A stretch of DNA of 64,000 nt from NCBI GenBank assembly GCA_002269645.1, contig NIVC01002392.1, positions 62,001 through 126,000 of the forward strand. Direction: 5' to 3'. The translations under genes were made by a program, and so were the position numbers. Shown here one piece after another: positions 16,995 through 34,719 of this stretch. Below the pieces are notes generated by a model that worked only from the letters and a program-made list of their open reading frames with translations, ran no database searches and was not told the origin of the DNA. This DNA comes from Macrostomum lignano. Lineage: Eukaryota. Positions within the stretch are counted from its first letter, which is position 1. Each line of letters opens with the position of its first letter.

Positions 16995-18175
16995 GATGGA
17001 TTGCTAATCTGTTCAGTCATGTCTGTAGGAATTAGATGGATTGCTAATCTAGCCAATATGAATATAATAGAATGGATTGCTAATCTAGCTAATATGAATA
17101 TAATAGAATGGATTGCTAATCTGTTCAGTCATGTCTGTAGGAATTAGATGGATTGCTAATCTAGCCAATATGAACAGAATAGAATGGATTGCTAATCTAG
17201 CTAATATGAACAGAATAGAATGGATTGCTAATCTAGCCAATATGAACAGAATAGAATGGATTGCTAATCTAGCTAATATGAACAGAATAGAATGGATTGC
17301 TAATCTAGCCAATATGAACAGAATAGAATGGATTGCTAATCTAGCCAATATGAACAGAATAGAATGGATTGCTAATCTAGCTAATATGAACAGAATAGAA
17401 TGGATTGCTAATCTAGCTAATATGAACAGAATAGAATGGATTGCTAATCTAGCTAAAATGAATATAATAGAATGGATTGCTAATCTAGCTAATATGAACA
17501 GAATAGAATGGATTGCTAATCTAGCTAATATGAACAGAATAGAATGGATTGCTAATCTAGCTAATATGAACAGAATAGAATGGATTGCTAATCTAGCTAA
17601 TATGAACAGAATAGAATGGATTGCTAATCTAGCTAATATGAACTGAATAGAATGGATTGCTAATCTAGCTAAAATGAATATAATAGAATGGATTGCTAAT
17701 CTAGCTAATATGAACAGAATAGAATGGATTGCTAATCTAGCTAATATGAATATAATAGAATGGATTGCTAATCTATCTAATATGAATATAATAGAATGGA
17801 TTGCTTATCTAGCTAATATAAATATAATATAATGGATTGCTAATCTAGCTAATATGAATATAATAGAATGGATTGCTAATCTAGCCAATATGAACAGAAT
17901 AGAATGGATTGCTAATCTAGCCAATATGAACAGAATAGAATGGATTGCTAATCTAGCCAATATGAACAGAATAGAATGGATTGCTAATCTAGCCAATATG
18001 AACAGAATAGAATGGATTGCTAATCTAGCCAATATGAACAGAATAGAATGGATTGCTAATCTAGCCAATATGAACAGAATAGAATGGATTGCTAATCTAG
18101 CCAATATGAACAGAATAGAATGGATTGCTAATCTAGCCAATATGAACAGAATAGAATGGATTGCTAATCTAGCCA
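16995..18175. repeat. Minisatellite, 36-nt unit ATGAACAGAATAGAATGGATTGCTAATCTAGCTAAT, about 31 copies
   Basis: Tandem array; core TGGATTGCTAATCTAGC is shared in reverse complement with the array at 49900-51155. Confidence 0.97.
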
Positions 18176-18547
18176 GGCTGAATTAGCGCCAGCAAAGAAA
18201 GTCTCGACACCAGACAGGCGGCAAAGGCGGGAAGGCCGAAATCGATACAGAAGACACCCGGGTGGCGCTTCTGCCGCACAGACAGTTCGCGACATTTCGG
18301 GCCCCGAATGGAGAATTGGCTACATCCGGCAGTCTCCGAACCAGTGATGCTGCGGAGACGGAACTGCGAAAAGAATCGAGCAGCAAAAATGCTGTACATC
18401 AGCTGCAAGCACAGAAGGGGTTGTAGCGGTCTGAGGGCCGGCCAGTATTCACGGCCTCAAGCCCAGCAAGGTAGACAGTGTGAGCTGAGTACCTATGGAT
18501 AAAAATAGCTGCTTGAAAGAATTCCCGGATCTAAAATAATAGGTACC

Positions 18548-19988
18548 TCAACTCCATCAGCCTCAGCTTCAGCTCATCCGGTATAGAAGTACAGCTTCAT
18601 CAACCTCAGCTTCAGCTCATCAGGTATAGAAGTACAGCTTCATCAACCTCAGCTTCTGTTCATCAGGTATAGAAGTACAGCTTCACCAACCTCAGCTTCT
18701 GTTCATCAGGTATAGAAGTACAGCTTCACTAACCTCAGCTTCTGTTCATCAGGTATAGAAGTACAGCTTCATCAACCTCAGCTTCTGTTCATCAGGTATA
18801 GAAGTACAGCTTCATCATCAACATCAGCTTCTGTTCATCAGGTATAGAAGTACAGCTTCACGAACCTCAGCTTCTGTTCATCAGGTATAGAAGTACAGCT
18901 TCACGAACCTCAGCTTCAGTTCATCAGTTATAGAAGTACAGCTTCACGAACCTCAGCTTCTGTTCATCAGGTATAGAAGTACAGCTTCATCAACATCAGC
19001 TTCTGTTCATCAGGTATAGAAGTACAGCTTCACGAACCTCAGCTTCTGTTCATCAGGTATAGAAGTACAGCTTCTCCAACCTCAGCTTCAGTTCATCAGT
19101 TATAGAAGTACAGCTTCACCAACCTCAGCTTCAGCTCATCAGGTATAGAAGTACAGCTTCATCAACATCAGCTTCTGTTCATCAGGTATAGAAGTACAGC
19201 TTCACGAACCTCAGCTTCTGTTCATCAGGTATAGAAGTACAGCTTCACGAACCTCAGCTTCTGTTCATCAGTTATAGAAGTACAGCTTCTCCAACCTCAG
19301 CTTCAGTTCATCAGTTATAGAAGTACAGCTTCACGAACCTCAGCTTCTGTTCATCAGGTATAGAAGTACAGCTTCACGAACCTCAGCTTCTGTTCATCAG
19401 GTATAGAAGTACAGCTTCACGAACCTCAGCTTCTGTTCATCAGGTATAGAAGTACAGCTTCACGAACCTCAGCTTCTGTTCATCAGGTATAGAAGTACAG
19501 CTTCTCCAACCTCAGCTTCAGTTCATCAGTTATAGAAGTACAGCTTCACCAACCTCAGCTTCAGCTCATCAGGTATAGAAGTACAGCTTCATCAACCTCA
19601 GCTTCTGTTCATCAGGTATAGAAGTACAGCTTCATCAACATCAGCTTCTGTTCATCAGGTATAGAAGTACAGCTTCACGAACCTCAGCTTCTGTTCATCA
19701 GGTATAGAAGTACAGCTTCTCCAACCTCAGCTTCAGTTCATCAGTTATAGAAGTACAGCTTCACCAACCTCAGCTTCAGCTCATCAGGTATAGAAGTACA
19801 GCTTCATCAACATCAGCTTCTGTTCATCAGGTATAGAAGTACAGCTTCACGAACCTCAGCTTCTGTTCATCAGTTATAGAAGTACAGCTTCTCCAACCTA
19901 AGCTTCAGTTCATCAGTTATAGAAGTACAGCTTCACGAACCTCAGCTTCTGTTCATCAGGTATAGAAGTACAGCTTCACCAACCTCAG
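18548..19988. repeat. Minisatellite, 43-nt unit CATCAGGTATAGAAGTACAGCTTCATCAACCTCAGCTTCTGTT, about 33 copies
   Basis: Tandem array; each unit contains CAGCTTC sub-repeats. Confidence 0.97.
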
Positions 19989-20385
19989 TGTCATAAAAAA
20001 ATTGGCCAAATCAAAAACTGCTTACCCATGCACCATGGCTAATCGTCAAAAACAAATTGCCGTGAAGAAGATTGCCGAATATCAATCAGCATAATTATTA
20101 GCCAATGAAAGCCAGTGAACAGACACAGATGTACAAATAAACAATCTCAGTATATTTTTAAAGACACATTGAATTTACAGACCAACCCACAGGTGAACAT
20201 CTTACTTAACTACAGTTGAAGCGCGCATTACAAAATAGAAAATCAAGTAAAAATCCAAATAATTTTTTTCGATTTGATGCAAATTGCAAAAAATACTCGG
20301 GAAATTACAGGCGTATTTTGATTGCAAAAAATGATATCTGTCAGTGTGCCAGACAATATTTAGAGAACTCAATTTCAATGAAGGA

Positions 20386-20725
20386 CCCAAACTGGGGGCG
20401 GCAGAGGACCACCGAAGGACACCAAACTGGGGGCGGCAGAGGACCACCGAAGGACACCAAACTGGGGGCGGCAGAGGACCACCGAAGGACACCAAACTGG
20501 GGGCGGCAGAGGACCACCGAAGGACACCAAACTGGGGACGGCAGAGGACCACCGAAGGACCCAAACTGGGGACGGCAGAGGACCACCGAAGGACCCAAAC
20601 TGGGGACGGCAGAGGACCACCGAAGGACCCAAACTGGGGACGGCAGAGGACCACCGAAGGACCAAACTGGGGACGGCAGAGGACCACCGAAGGACCCAAA
20701 CTGGGGACGGCAGAGGACCACCGAA
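20386..20725. repeat. Minisatellite, 33-35-nt unit CCAAACTGGGGACGGCAGAGGACCACCGAAGGAC, about 10 copies
   Basis: Tandem array. Confidence 0.95.
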
Positions 20726-21259
20726 TGACCAAACTGAGGGTGGCAAAAGCAAGTGCAAGAGGCGCAAAGAGTTACAAAGTACGAGAAGTACGGGGTTCTC
20801 ATGCAGGAAGCAAGTCAACAAATTCGATTGCAAAGTCCTGGATGGGCGCCTGAGGCGCAGAACTAACAAATCAAAAGGATTTAGAGATTAAACAGTCTCT
20901 GGGGACTTCCATTATCTGGAGTCTCCATCAGCAGAAGTGAAGCGGGATAATTTAATTTATGTATCGTAGGAAATTAATTTTAATAAATTTTCGAACCTGT
21001 CTAAAAGCAGGAAAGCTAGTTAATTAGTCCCGCGAAGACAAGGGAACAAGAGAACGGCAAAATGCTGCATAAAACTCAATTAAGCGAGAACAATTGCATT
21101 CAAAAATTGAAACGGAAAACCTGTCTCTCAGGAAATTTGGTGGGCGATGAAAGGAGAGTAAGTTAGTTGTGTAGGAGAGAACTTTTATGTTGAACTTTTC
21201 ACCCCTGTGATGAACACTCGCAGGGAGTCTCAGTCTCGCGTATCCACCGGGAAGATCCT

Positions 21260-21720
21260 AAGAATCTCATCCTGAGAAAACCATTATTTAAAGAGTCTCA
21301 CCCTGAGAAAATAATTCATTAAAGAATCTCACTCTTAGAAAACCAATATTTAAAGAATATCACCCTGGAAAAATCCTTACTCGAAGAATCTCACCCTGAA
21401 AAAACCATTACTTTAGGAATCTCATACTGAGAAAACCACTACTTGAAGAATCTCACTCTGAGAAAACCATTACTTGAAGAATCTCACCCTGAGAAAACCA
21501 TTACTTGAAGAATCTCACCCTGAGAAAACCATTACTTGAAGAATCTCACCCTGAGAAAACCATTACTTGAATGGTTTTAAATGGTTTACTTGAATTACTT
21601 GAAACCAATCCCACACCCAATCTCACACAAAGAATCTCACCCTGAGAAAATAATTACTTGAAGAATCTTACCCAAAGGAAACCATCCCATAAAGAATCTC
21701 ACCCTGAGGAAAACATCCCA
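21260..21720. repeat. Degenerate minisatellite, 31-nt unit GAATCTCACCCTGAGAAAACCATTACTTGAA, downstream of spastin
   Basis: Near-perfect copies at 21420-21570, diverged copies on both sides. Confidence 0.9.
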
Positions 21721-21868
21721 TAAAAGCAATCAATCAATCCTAAAAGCATCTATCCATCAAAATATTGAGAATCAATGAAGCAATCAAGCGTGACCAACTA
21801 GAACGAACGGAATGGAACTCAGGGCACCCACAAAGAGCATGGGGACGCGGTTGCCAGGCTACAGCCAG

Positions 21869-24429
21869 TTAAGAGGCCCCACCGTCCGAGCCGTACTTCT
21901 CGCTCCAGTCCAGCAGCTCGGCCAGGCTCTCGGGTGGCACGCTCGGCCGCACCCTGGCCAGGCAGTTTCGTAAATCCTCACCCCTCAACGGCCGGACGGC
22001 GGCCTTAGCAACGGTTGCTAGGCGATCCGGTCGGATCTGCCGCAGCGGCTCCATGGCGGCTTCACGGGCCAGGTTGGCCAGGTCGCTGGCCGAGTAGCCG
22101 TCGGTGAGCTCGGCCAGCTCGCGCAGCTCAGCTTCGGACACGTCAACGGAATCGTGCTTGGCCAGAAGGCAGCTCAGGAGGTTCAGCCGGCACCGGCTGT
22201 CCGGCATGCCGATGTACAGCCGGCGGCCAAATCGACGCACAACGGCCGGGTCAATCTCGGCCGGCCGGTTCGTGGCCGCTAGAAGGAAGATGCCGCCGCT
22301 GCCTTTCCGCTTGCCACCGGCGTCCGAGCTGTCGTCGTCGGCGGCTCGGACACCGTCCAGTTCGACGAGGAATTGCGTTTTCAGGCGACGGGACACCTCG
22401 GTTTCCTGGAATGCAGTAGGCTTCGGTGAACTCGGGGAGGTTCTTCGCAGGGTCGAGGGGCGATTCTCTGTGGGATTGAGGGGCGATTCTCTGTGGGATT
22501 GAGGGGCGATTCTCTGTGGGATTGAGGGGCGATTCTCTGTGGGATTGAGGGGCGATTCTCTGCGGGGTTGAGGGGCGATTCTCTGTGGGATTGAGGGGCG
22601 ATTCTCTGTGGGATTGAGGGGCGATTCTTTGTGGGGTTGAGGGGCGATTCTTTGTGGGGTTGAGGGGCGATTCCTGCAATTAATCCTCACCTTGTCACCG
22701 CGAACGCTCAGTATGGAGTCGACTTCGTCGATGAAGATCACAGCGGGCGCCAGCTGCCTCGCCAGGGCGAACAGGGCCCGCACCAGCTTCTCGGCCTCGC
22801 CAACCCACTTGGACATCAGCGAGCCGGCCGAGATGTTGAAGAACACGCCGCCGGCCTCCGTGGCCACAGCCTTGGCCAGTAGGGTTTTGCCGTTGCCAGG
22901 CGGTCCGAACAGCAGCACCGCCCTGGCCGGCTGGCGCAGGCCGCCGAACAGGTCGGGCCGCAGGCTGGGCAGCACCGTGGCCTCCCGCAGCGCCTGCTTG
23001 GCCGCCTCGTTGCCGACGACATCGTCGAAGCCGACGCCGGGCGATCTGTCCAGCACTTCGTTCAGGATTGAGTTGGCCAGGCCCGGGTCCACGCCTTTCA
23101 GCTCGGCTGCCAAGGAGGAGACCGGAGCTGCTCGCGCTGCTGCCGGCGGCTTGTGCGGCTGCTGCTTCCGGGTGGCGCGGCTGGCGAAGGCGGAGGAGGG
23201 GCTGCAGCTACTGGGGGCTTTTCATGCAGGCCGGCTTATGATGCATGGTATTTAGCCTATCCCACACCTATCTATCCCACATCCAATCTATCCCACACCC
23301 ATCTATCCCACACCCTATCTATCCCACACCCTATCTATCCCAAACCCAATCTATCCCACACCCTATCTATCCAATACCCTATCTGTCCCACACCAAATCT
23401 ATCCCACACCCTATCTATCCCACACCAAATCTATCCCACACCCTATCTATCCCACACCAAATCTATCCCACATCCTATCTATCCAACACCCTATCTATTA
23501 TACACCCAATCTATCCCACACCCAATCTATCCCATACCCAATATATCCCACACCTGATCTATCCCACACCCAATCTATCCCACACCCAATCTATCCCACA
23601 CCCAATCTATCCCATACCCAATATATCCCACACCTGATCTATCCCACACCCAATCTATCCCACACCCAACCTATCCCACACCCTATCTATTATACACCCA
23701 ATTTATCCCATACCCAATCTATCCCATACCCTATTTATCCCACACCCAATGTATCCCATACCTTGAATATCCTAGATTTTATATCCCTTATCATCACAAC
23801 ACTTAATACACACTTTCCCACAGCACCTGATCGCACAAAAATCCCACACAGATCCCATACCCAATCCCACACCCGATCCCACACAAACCCCATACCCAAT
23901 CCTACACAAACCCCACACCAATCCCACACCCAATCTCACACAAACCCCATACCCAATCCTACACAAACCCCACACCAATCCCACACCCAATCTCACACAA
24001 ACCCCATACCCAATCCCACACAAACCCCACACCAATCCCACACCCGCGCACTCACGCGGGCCTGGCCGCACTCTGTGCCGGCTGTTTCCTCAGCCGCTCC
24101 AGCCCAGCCTCCGCAGTGGCCAGTCTCTCGCCGGCCTGCGCCAGGTTGGCCTTCATCTTGGCCTGGATGCTAGCCAGCTTGTTGGCTTTGGCCGGATTTG
24201 CCTTGGTGGCTGAGTCCGGCCGGACGGCCAGTCCGTGCTCCAGCTCGGTCACGCCCTTCCGGTACAAACTGATCAGAGAGCGCAGCTGCTCCGCCGAGGC
24301 CTCCGTCTGCTGCAGGCGCTCGTCCAAGTCGAGCGCGGCCGCCAGGCTCTCGAATGCTCGCGAGTGGTGCGACTTCAGCCTGGATATTGGCGATTGGGCC
24401 CGGCTCTGCTTGTGCTGGTTGGTTGCCAT
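21869..24429 (-). CDS. SPAST: Spastin-like microtubule-severing AAA ATPase (MIT + AAA), about 473 aa
   Basis: Exons 24429..24056 (MIT domain: SHHSRAFESLAAALDLDE...LYRKGVTELEHGL...KMKANL), 23201..22691 (an alternative in-frame acceptor at 23210 is possible) and 22405..21869. Motifs GVDPGLANSILNEVLD, Walker A GPPGNGKT, SKWVGEAEKLVRALF, Walker B IFIDEVDS, SRRLKTQFL, ATNRPAEID, GYSASDL and C-terminal WSEKYG. Confidence 0.9.
22455..22675. repeat. Minisatellite, 23-nt unit GGGCGATTCTCTGTGGGATTGAG, in spastin intron 2
   Basis: About 10 copies inside the 285-nt intron 22406-22690. Confidence 0.95.
23255..24045. repeat. Two C/A-rich minisatellites in spastin intron 1 (about 16-17-nt CTATCCCACACCCAAT at 23255-23760; CACACAAACCCCATACCCAATCC-type at 23840-24045)
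   Basis: Visible tandem arrays. Confidence 0.9.
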
Positions 24430-24669
24430 GGCAACACAGCGGAGCAACTCGCGTTTGTTCTATCGGCTCGACTGGTTGCTGAAATCATGCAAGATAAAGT
24501 GCTGTGTGCATCACTTGAACCATGGGGAGCAGTGCGTGCGGCAACTGGAACACCAAAGCATACATATCTAACTCAAAGCAGCGACTTTAAACCAGACAAA
24601 CTGACCCCAATAACCCACACACCCGCTAATTCACGCAGGACTCACTAAACCAACAAAAACATCACGCTA

Positions 24670-25895
24670 TAACCACACTAGACCCACACAAACCCCACAG
24701 TCCACACTAGACCCACACAAACCCCACAGTCCACACTAGACCCACACAAACCCCACACTAGACCCACACAAATCCCACACTAGATCCACACAAACCCCAC
24801 ACTAGACCCACACAAACTCCACACTAGACCCACACAAACCCCACACTAGACCCACACAAACCCCACAGAAGACCCACAAACCCCACAGTCCACACTAGAC
24901 CCACACAAACCCCACACTAGACCCACACAAATCCCAAACTAGACCCACACAAACCCCACACTAGACCCATACAAATCCCACACTAGACCCACACAAACCC
25001 CACACTAGACCCACACAAATCCCACACTAGATCCACACAAACCCCACACTAGACCCACACAAACCCCACAGAAGACCCACACAAACCCCACAGAAGACCC
25101 ACACAAACCCCACACTAGACCCACACAAATCCCACACTAGACCCACACAAATCCCAAACTAGACCCACACAAACCCCACACTAGACCCATACAAATCCCA
25201 CACTAGACCCACACAAACCCCACACTAGACCCACACAAATCCCACACTAGACCCACACAAATCCTACACTAGACTCACACTAGACCCATACAAACCCCAC
25301 ACTAGACCCACACAAACCCCACACTAGACCCACACAAGCCCCACACTAGACCCACACAAGCCCCACAGTAGACCCACGCAAACCCCACACTAGACCCACA
25401 CAAACCCCACACTAGACCCATACAAACACCACACTAGACCCACACTAATCCCACACTAGACCCATACAAACACCACACTAGACCCACACTAATCCAACAC
25501 TAAACCCATACAAACACCACACTAGACCCACACTAGACCCACACAAACCCCACAGTAGACCCACACAAACCCCACACTAGACCCACACAAACCCCACACT
25601 AGACCCATACAAACCCCACACTAGACCCACACAAGACCCACACTAGACCCACACAAACCCCACACTAGACCCACACAAACCCCACACTAGACCCACACAA
25701 ACCCCACACTAGACCCACACAAACCCCACACTAGACCCACACAAACCCACACTAGACCCACACAAACCCCACACTAGACCCACACAAACCCCACACTAGA
25801 CCCACACAAACCCCACACTAGACCCACACAAACCCCACACTAGACCCACACAAACCCCACACTAGACCCACACAAACCCCACACAAGACCCACAC
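24670..25895. repeat. Minisatellite, 22-nt unit CACACTAGACCCACACAAACCC, about 55 copies, upstream of spastin
   Basis: Tandem array. Confidence 0.96.
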
Positions 25896-26554
25896 AAGAC
25901 ACAGCTGGCCACAAGACCCAACAAACCAAGCGCAAGAGCACGGTTGAAAAGGTACACAAGGTGCACAGCATTCATGTAGAGGACAGGACAAGTTTAAAAT
26001 TCTTCACCCAACAGAAAGGATGACCAATTTGCCGGATTAAACCCTGGAACAAAATTTACCCGCCCCCCAAAATTGCTAAACAATTAAACAGAATAAAAAA
26101 TTCTGTAAGCCTAATTGGCTCCACTACAGGTGCGCACAGGTGACTTCAGACCCTGGACAGAAGCCAGCGCGATAGAAAGAAACAAACAAATAAGACGACA
26201 TTGAGTTCAGAAAAACAGCCGAACACCCAGAATCAGAAAAAACGTATATTATAACAAATCATTCTCCTACCTTATTGATATTTATTTTCGCTTAATTTGG
26301 TGCTTCTTTATATTGCAAACACAGAAATATGTAATCGCAAACAGTTATTAATAAATATTTCTACACGAGCACACATACTAGCGTATGCACAGCTGAAGGG
26401 TACCAAGTTAGTACGGTGCACAAACTAAACAGCTATGCATTGCTGATAGCTTTGCAGCTTTATAAATTGCTTAGATTCATATAGCCATTGCTGTATCCTT
26501 ACTGATGATGGTGCTAGTAAGAAGGTTTGGGGCAATCATCCTTCACAGACTCAG

Positions 26555-27850
26555 TTACAGCAGGGGTCATTGTCCCTTATAGACAGCTACAGCCGGGGTC
26601 ATTTTCCCTTGCAGACTAAGCTACAGCAGGGGTCATTACAGAATCAGCTACAGCAGGGGTCATTACAGACTCAGCTACTGCAGGGGTCCTTAGAGACACA
26701 GCTACAGCAGGGGTCATTACAGACTTAGCTACAGCAGGGGTCCTTAGAGACACAGCTACAGCAGGGGCATTACAGACACAGCTACAGCAGGGGTCATTAC
26801 AGACTTAGCTACAGCAGGGGTCCTTAGAGACACAGCTACAGCAGGGGCATTACAGACACAGCTACAGCAGGGGTCATTACAGACTCAGCTACTGCAGGGG
26901 TCCTTAGAGACACAGCTACAGCAGGGGTCATTACAGACTTAGCTACAGCAGGGGTCATTACAGACTCAGCTACTGCAGGGGTCCTTAGAAACACAGCTAC
27001 AGCAGGGGTCATTACAGACTTAGCTACAGCAGGGGTCCTTAGAGACACAGCTACAGCAGGGGCATTACAGACACAGCTACAGCAGGGGTCATTACAGACA
27101 CAGCTACTGCAGGGGTCCTTAGAGACACAGCTACAGCAGGGGTCATTACAGAATCAGCTACAGCATGGGTCATTACAGACTCAGCTACTGCAGGGGTCCT
27201 TAGAGACACAGCTACAGCAGGGGCATTACAGACACAGCTACAGCAGGGGTCATTACAGACACAGCTACTGCAGGGGTCCTTAGAGACACAGCTACAGCAG
27301 GGGTCATTACAGAATCAGCTACAGCATGGGTCATTACAGACTCAGCTACTGCAGGGGTCCTTAGAGACACAGCTACAGCAGGGGTCATTACAGACTTAGC
27401 TACAGCAGGGGTCCTTAGAGACACAGCTACAGCAGGGGTCATTACAGAATCAGCTACAGCATGGGTCATTACAGACTCAGCTACTGCAGGGGTCCTTAGA
27501 GACACAGCTACAGCAGGGGCCATTACAGACTTAGCTACAGCAGGGGTCCTTAGAGACACAGCTACAGCAGGGGCATTACAGACTCAGCTACAGCAGGGGT
27601 CATTACAGACTCAGCTACAGCAGGGGTCCTTAGAGACACAGCTACAGCAGGGGTCATTACAGACTCAGCTACAGCAGGGGTCATTACAGACTCAGCTACA
27701 GCAGGGGTCATTACAGACTCAGCTACAGCAGGGGTCATTACAGACTCAGCTAGAGCAGGGGTCATTACAGACTCAGCTACAGCAGGGGTCATTACAGACT
27801 CAACTACCGCAGGGGGACAGTAGCCCTACAGCCTCAACTACAGCAGGGGA
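26555..27850. repeat. Minisatellite, 27-nt unit CAGCTACAGCAGGGGTCATTACAGACT with an alternating CCTTAGAGACA variant
   Basis: Tandem array with 2-3-mer higher-order patterning. Confidence 0.96.
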
Positions 27851-28724
27851 ACACACATAATACAGAAAGCCGATGATAAGCATAGAGGCATGAAGGATAT
27901 CTGCAAGCAATGACTAAATTAACAGCTCAATAATCAGGTACACAAAGATCTTTAAGAAAAGCGCGGACAAAACGAACTCATAAAAATAAATAACAGTTAC
28001 TGAATTTGCCAGGCACAATAAGACAGACAGGCTGACAGTACAAAAAATACAGCTTTGGACAGTTAAAAAAAACGCGCATATGATGAAAATGACACTTACA
28101 GATAAAATAGTGGCCGATCGAGTTTCACAATGATTCTTTATTTTATTAAACCATAAAGGGAATGCCAATATTTCAAGCCTAAAGGAAAAACAGTGATAGG
28201 GGGGTTGCTATGCTGAAAAGTTTACAGGGAAATTCTTCTCTGGCGCTGACAGGGACCATTCTTATCTGTAAAAATCCGCTTGAATGAAACCAACATTAAA
28301 GCGTACAAAAACAAACTGATAGAACAAAAATACAGTAATCTATAAATGATCATGCCTAATTACACAGCAATTATGGATCAGTTAATGAATCAGATAGTGG
28401 GGGAGGAATGCTAGTACAATTTAGCCAGTTAGAGCACAAGTGCCAGACAAATTATGAATCAATAATGATAGGCAGGATAAGCGGTAGTGTACAATGCGAA
28501 GTTAATGAAAATATACTTTTGCCTACCTCAGAGAGCAGTCTCAATAAGGGATAGCGGACAACAGAAAGATGTTAGCTGTGTACTGTACAATAATGGGCGA
28601 TGAGGCGCCACCAGCAAAAGGAGCGAAGGACCACTGAATTAACAATAAAAATAGTTTAAAATAATACACTGTGCTTATCTCACCGACAACCAGCTGGGTT
28701 AAATAGTAAAATGGGAGGGAGGAA

Positions 28725-28953
28725 CAGCAACTGAGGATGTGGGAGGCTGGCACAGCAACTGAGGATGTGGGAGGCTGGCCCAGCAACTGAGGATCTGGGA
28801 GGCTGGTTCAGCAACTGAGGATCTGGGAGGCTGGCCCAGCAACTGAGGATCTGGGAGGCTGGCCCAGCAACTGAGGATCTGGGAGGCTGGTTCAGCAACT
28901 GGGGATCTGGGAGGCTGGCCCAGCAACTGAGGATCTGGGAGGCTGGCCCAGCG
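28725..28953. repeat. 28-nt CCAGCAACTGAGGATCTGGGAGGCTGGC family, locus 2
   Basis: About 8 units, same orientation as locus 1, roughly 170 nt past the stop of the ELM2-SANT gene. Confidence 0.93.
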
Positions 28954-29125
28954 GCAAGCAGAGGACACCTTCAAACCTGGGCCACACAGACTCTCAGCAT
29001 GCTAAAAAAACAATTCGCAACAGTATCTGAAGCAGTGCTGCAGGGAGAACAACTAAAAATGGAGACTATAAAAATGGAACGGCTTAGAGATCTCAGTAAT
29101 ATCCGATGACCACCACAAGTCGGGC

Positions 29126-33083
<3,958 letters not shown>

Positions 33084-33435
33084 GGCGTTACAGGCTGCGC
33101 ACCTGTCAGCTAAACGGTGCGGACAGCTGGAATCGTGCGCGGGGGCGGAGCGTGTAAAATTTTACTGCCGCATGTTGAGCTGCAGCTGCTCAATACATAG
33201 GGTAGCGAGCGAGTGGGTGTGCGACTCTTGGACGGCGGGCTGGAGGGGGCAAAGTACAGACAGACGACACTAAGACAGGCAGAAAGAAGACACAGACAGA
33301 AATACAGACAGACAGAAATAAATACAGACACAGAGACAGAGACAGACAGACACAGAAATATATACAGACACAGACACAGACAGACAGACAGACAGGCGGA
33401 CAGACTGACACAGACAGACAGACAGACACACGGAC

Positions 33436-33472
<37 letters not shown>

Positions 33473-33474
33473 GG

Positions 33475-33520
<46 letters not shown>

Positions 33521-33531
33521 CACAGACAGAC

Positions 33532-33568
<37 letters not shown>

Positions 33569-33597
33569 GAGACAGACAGACAGACAGACAGACAGGC

Positions 33598-33676
<79 letters not shown>

Positions 33677-34200
33677 GACAGACACAGACAGACGGACAGA
33701 CACACAGACAGACAGACAGACACACAGACACATGACAGACAGACAGACAGACACAGACAGGACAGACACAGACAGACAGACAGACAGACAGACGGACAGA
33801 CACAGACAGGACACTCACTTAGGCCGGAAGTAGGCATAGTTGGCCCACACTGGATGCCGGTGCCCGGCAAAGCAGTAATTCTCATCGGCCGGTGCGCCCG
33901 AATGGCCGGTCGGGAGGAACGAACGGCGCATGGTGGGAAGGAGAAGGGCCTCAGGCGAAGTTCGGATCTGGGGATCTCAGCACGAGCAGCGGGGATCGGA
34001 GCGGAGGACTCTAAGCCAGGTGGGATTTGCCTAATTTTATACCCGAACGAGCTCAGCCTCGCCTCTCTTCCCCTTCTCGCCCAATCCCAACCGGGACAGC
34101 CAATCCGAAGAGAGCTCGCGGGTACTGGAGACGAGAGGCTGCTCTGAGAAGACGGAAGAGCGGAGAGAGGCAACGGACAAAAAAGGAATCTGAGATGCCG
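33084..34200 (-). other. Probable 5' UTR of the ELM2-SANT gene, with an intron at 33240-33818
   Basis: Minus-strand donor CCTAA|GTGAGT at 33818 and acceptor TTTGCCCCCTCCAG| at 33240 flank a (GACA)n tract. The upstream boundary is a guess. Confidence 0.55.
33256..33810. repeat. (GACA)n microsatellite
   Basis: About 550 nt of GACA/GACACA units. Confidence 0.96.
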
Positions 34201-34719
34201 TCTTCACACACACTTTCGCTTAATTATTATTATACTCGAGGCTGACGCAAGCCGCTCGGATGAAGGCATGGGGAAATAACAGACGGGAGAACAACTCTGA
34301 AAAACTTGACGCAAAAAGGGGCAGCGGCAGTGTGAGAAGTAGGGGTTCTCGGAACTGCCTCATCTCAATTATGCAGCTGAAAATAGCCTAGACTGAGGGA
34401 TTCCCCTGCCTAAGAAGAGAGTCACCTAAGCGAAGAAAACAACAAATAAAAAAAGACGCTAACGTCACGCGGTACAAAACACGTCAATCACGTGATGAAG
34501 CGAGTTGCTTTTTTGATTACAGAATCTTCAACGTAGAGTTATAAAAACTCTGACAGATAAGGTCAGGTAAACAGAATTTAATTAAATTTGCAGAAGTTGA
34601 AAATACCAGATAAAAGAAAACATTCAGGTGCTCGGGAACTGCACTGATGAAAGTATTGAATCAATGACACTATAGTGCACTGTGTACTTATATATTGCTA
34701 TTTAGGGACTAGCTGACAA

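Noticed and set aside
15339-18186. Long ORFs of 228-432 aa (HFSAAGT, ALILAPQ) and MNRIEWIANLAN repeats
   Set aside because: Unit lengths are multiples of 3 and lack stops, so several frames and both strands are open. There is no unique coding flank or domain.
18187-18426. 79-codon open stretch RQQRKSRHQTGGKGG...QLQAQKGL after an AG
   Set aside because: No start codon, no recognisable domain and no partner exon; it sits between two arrays.
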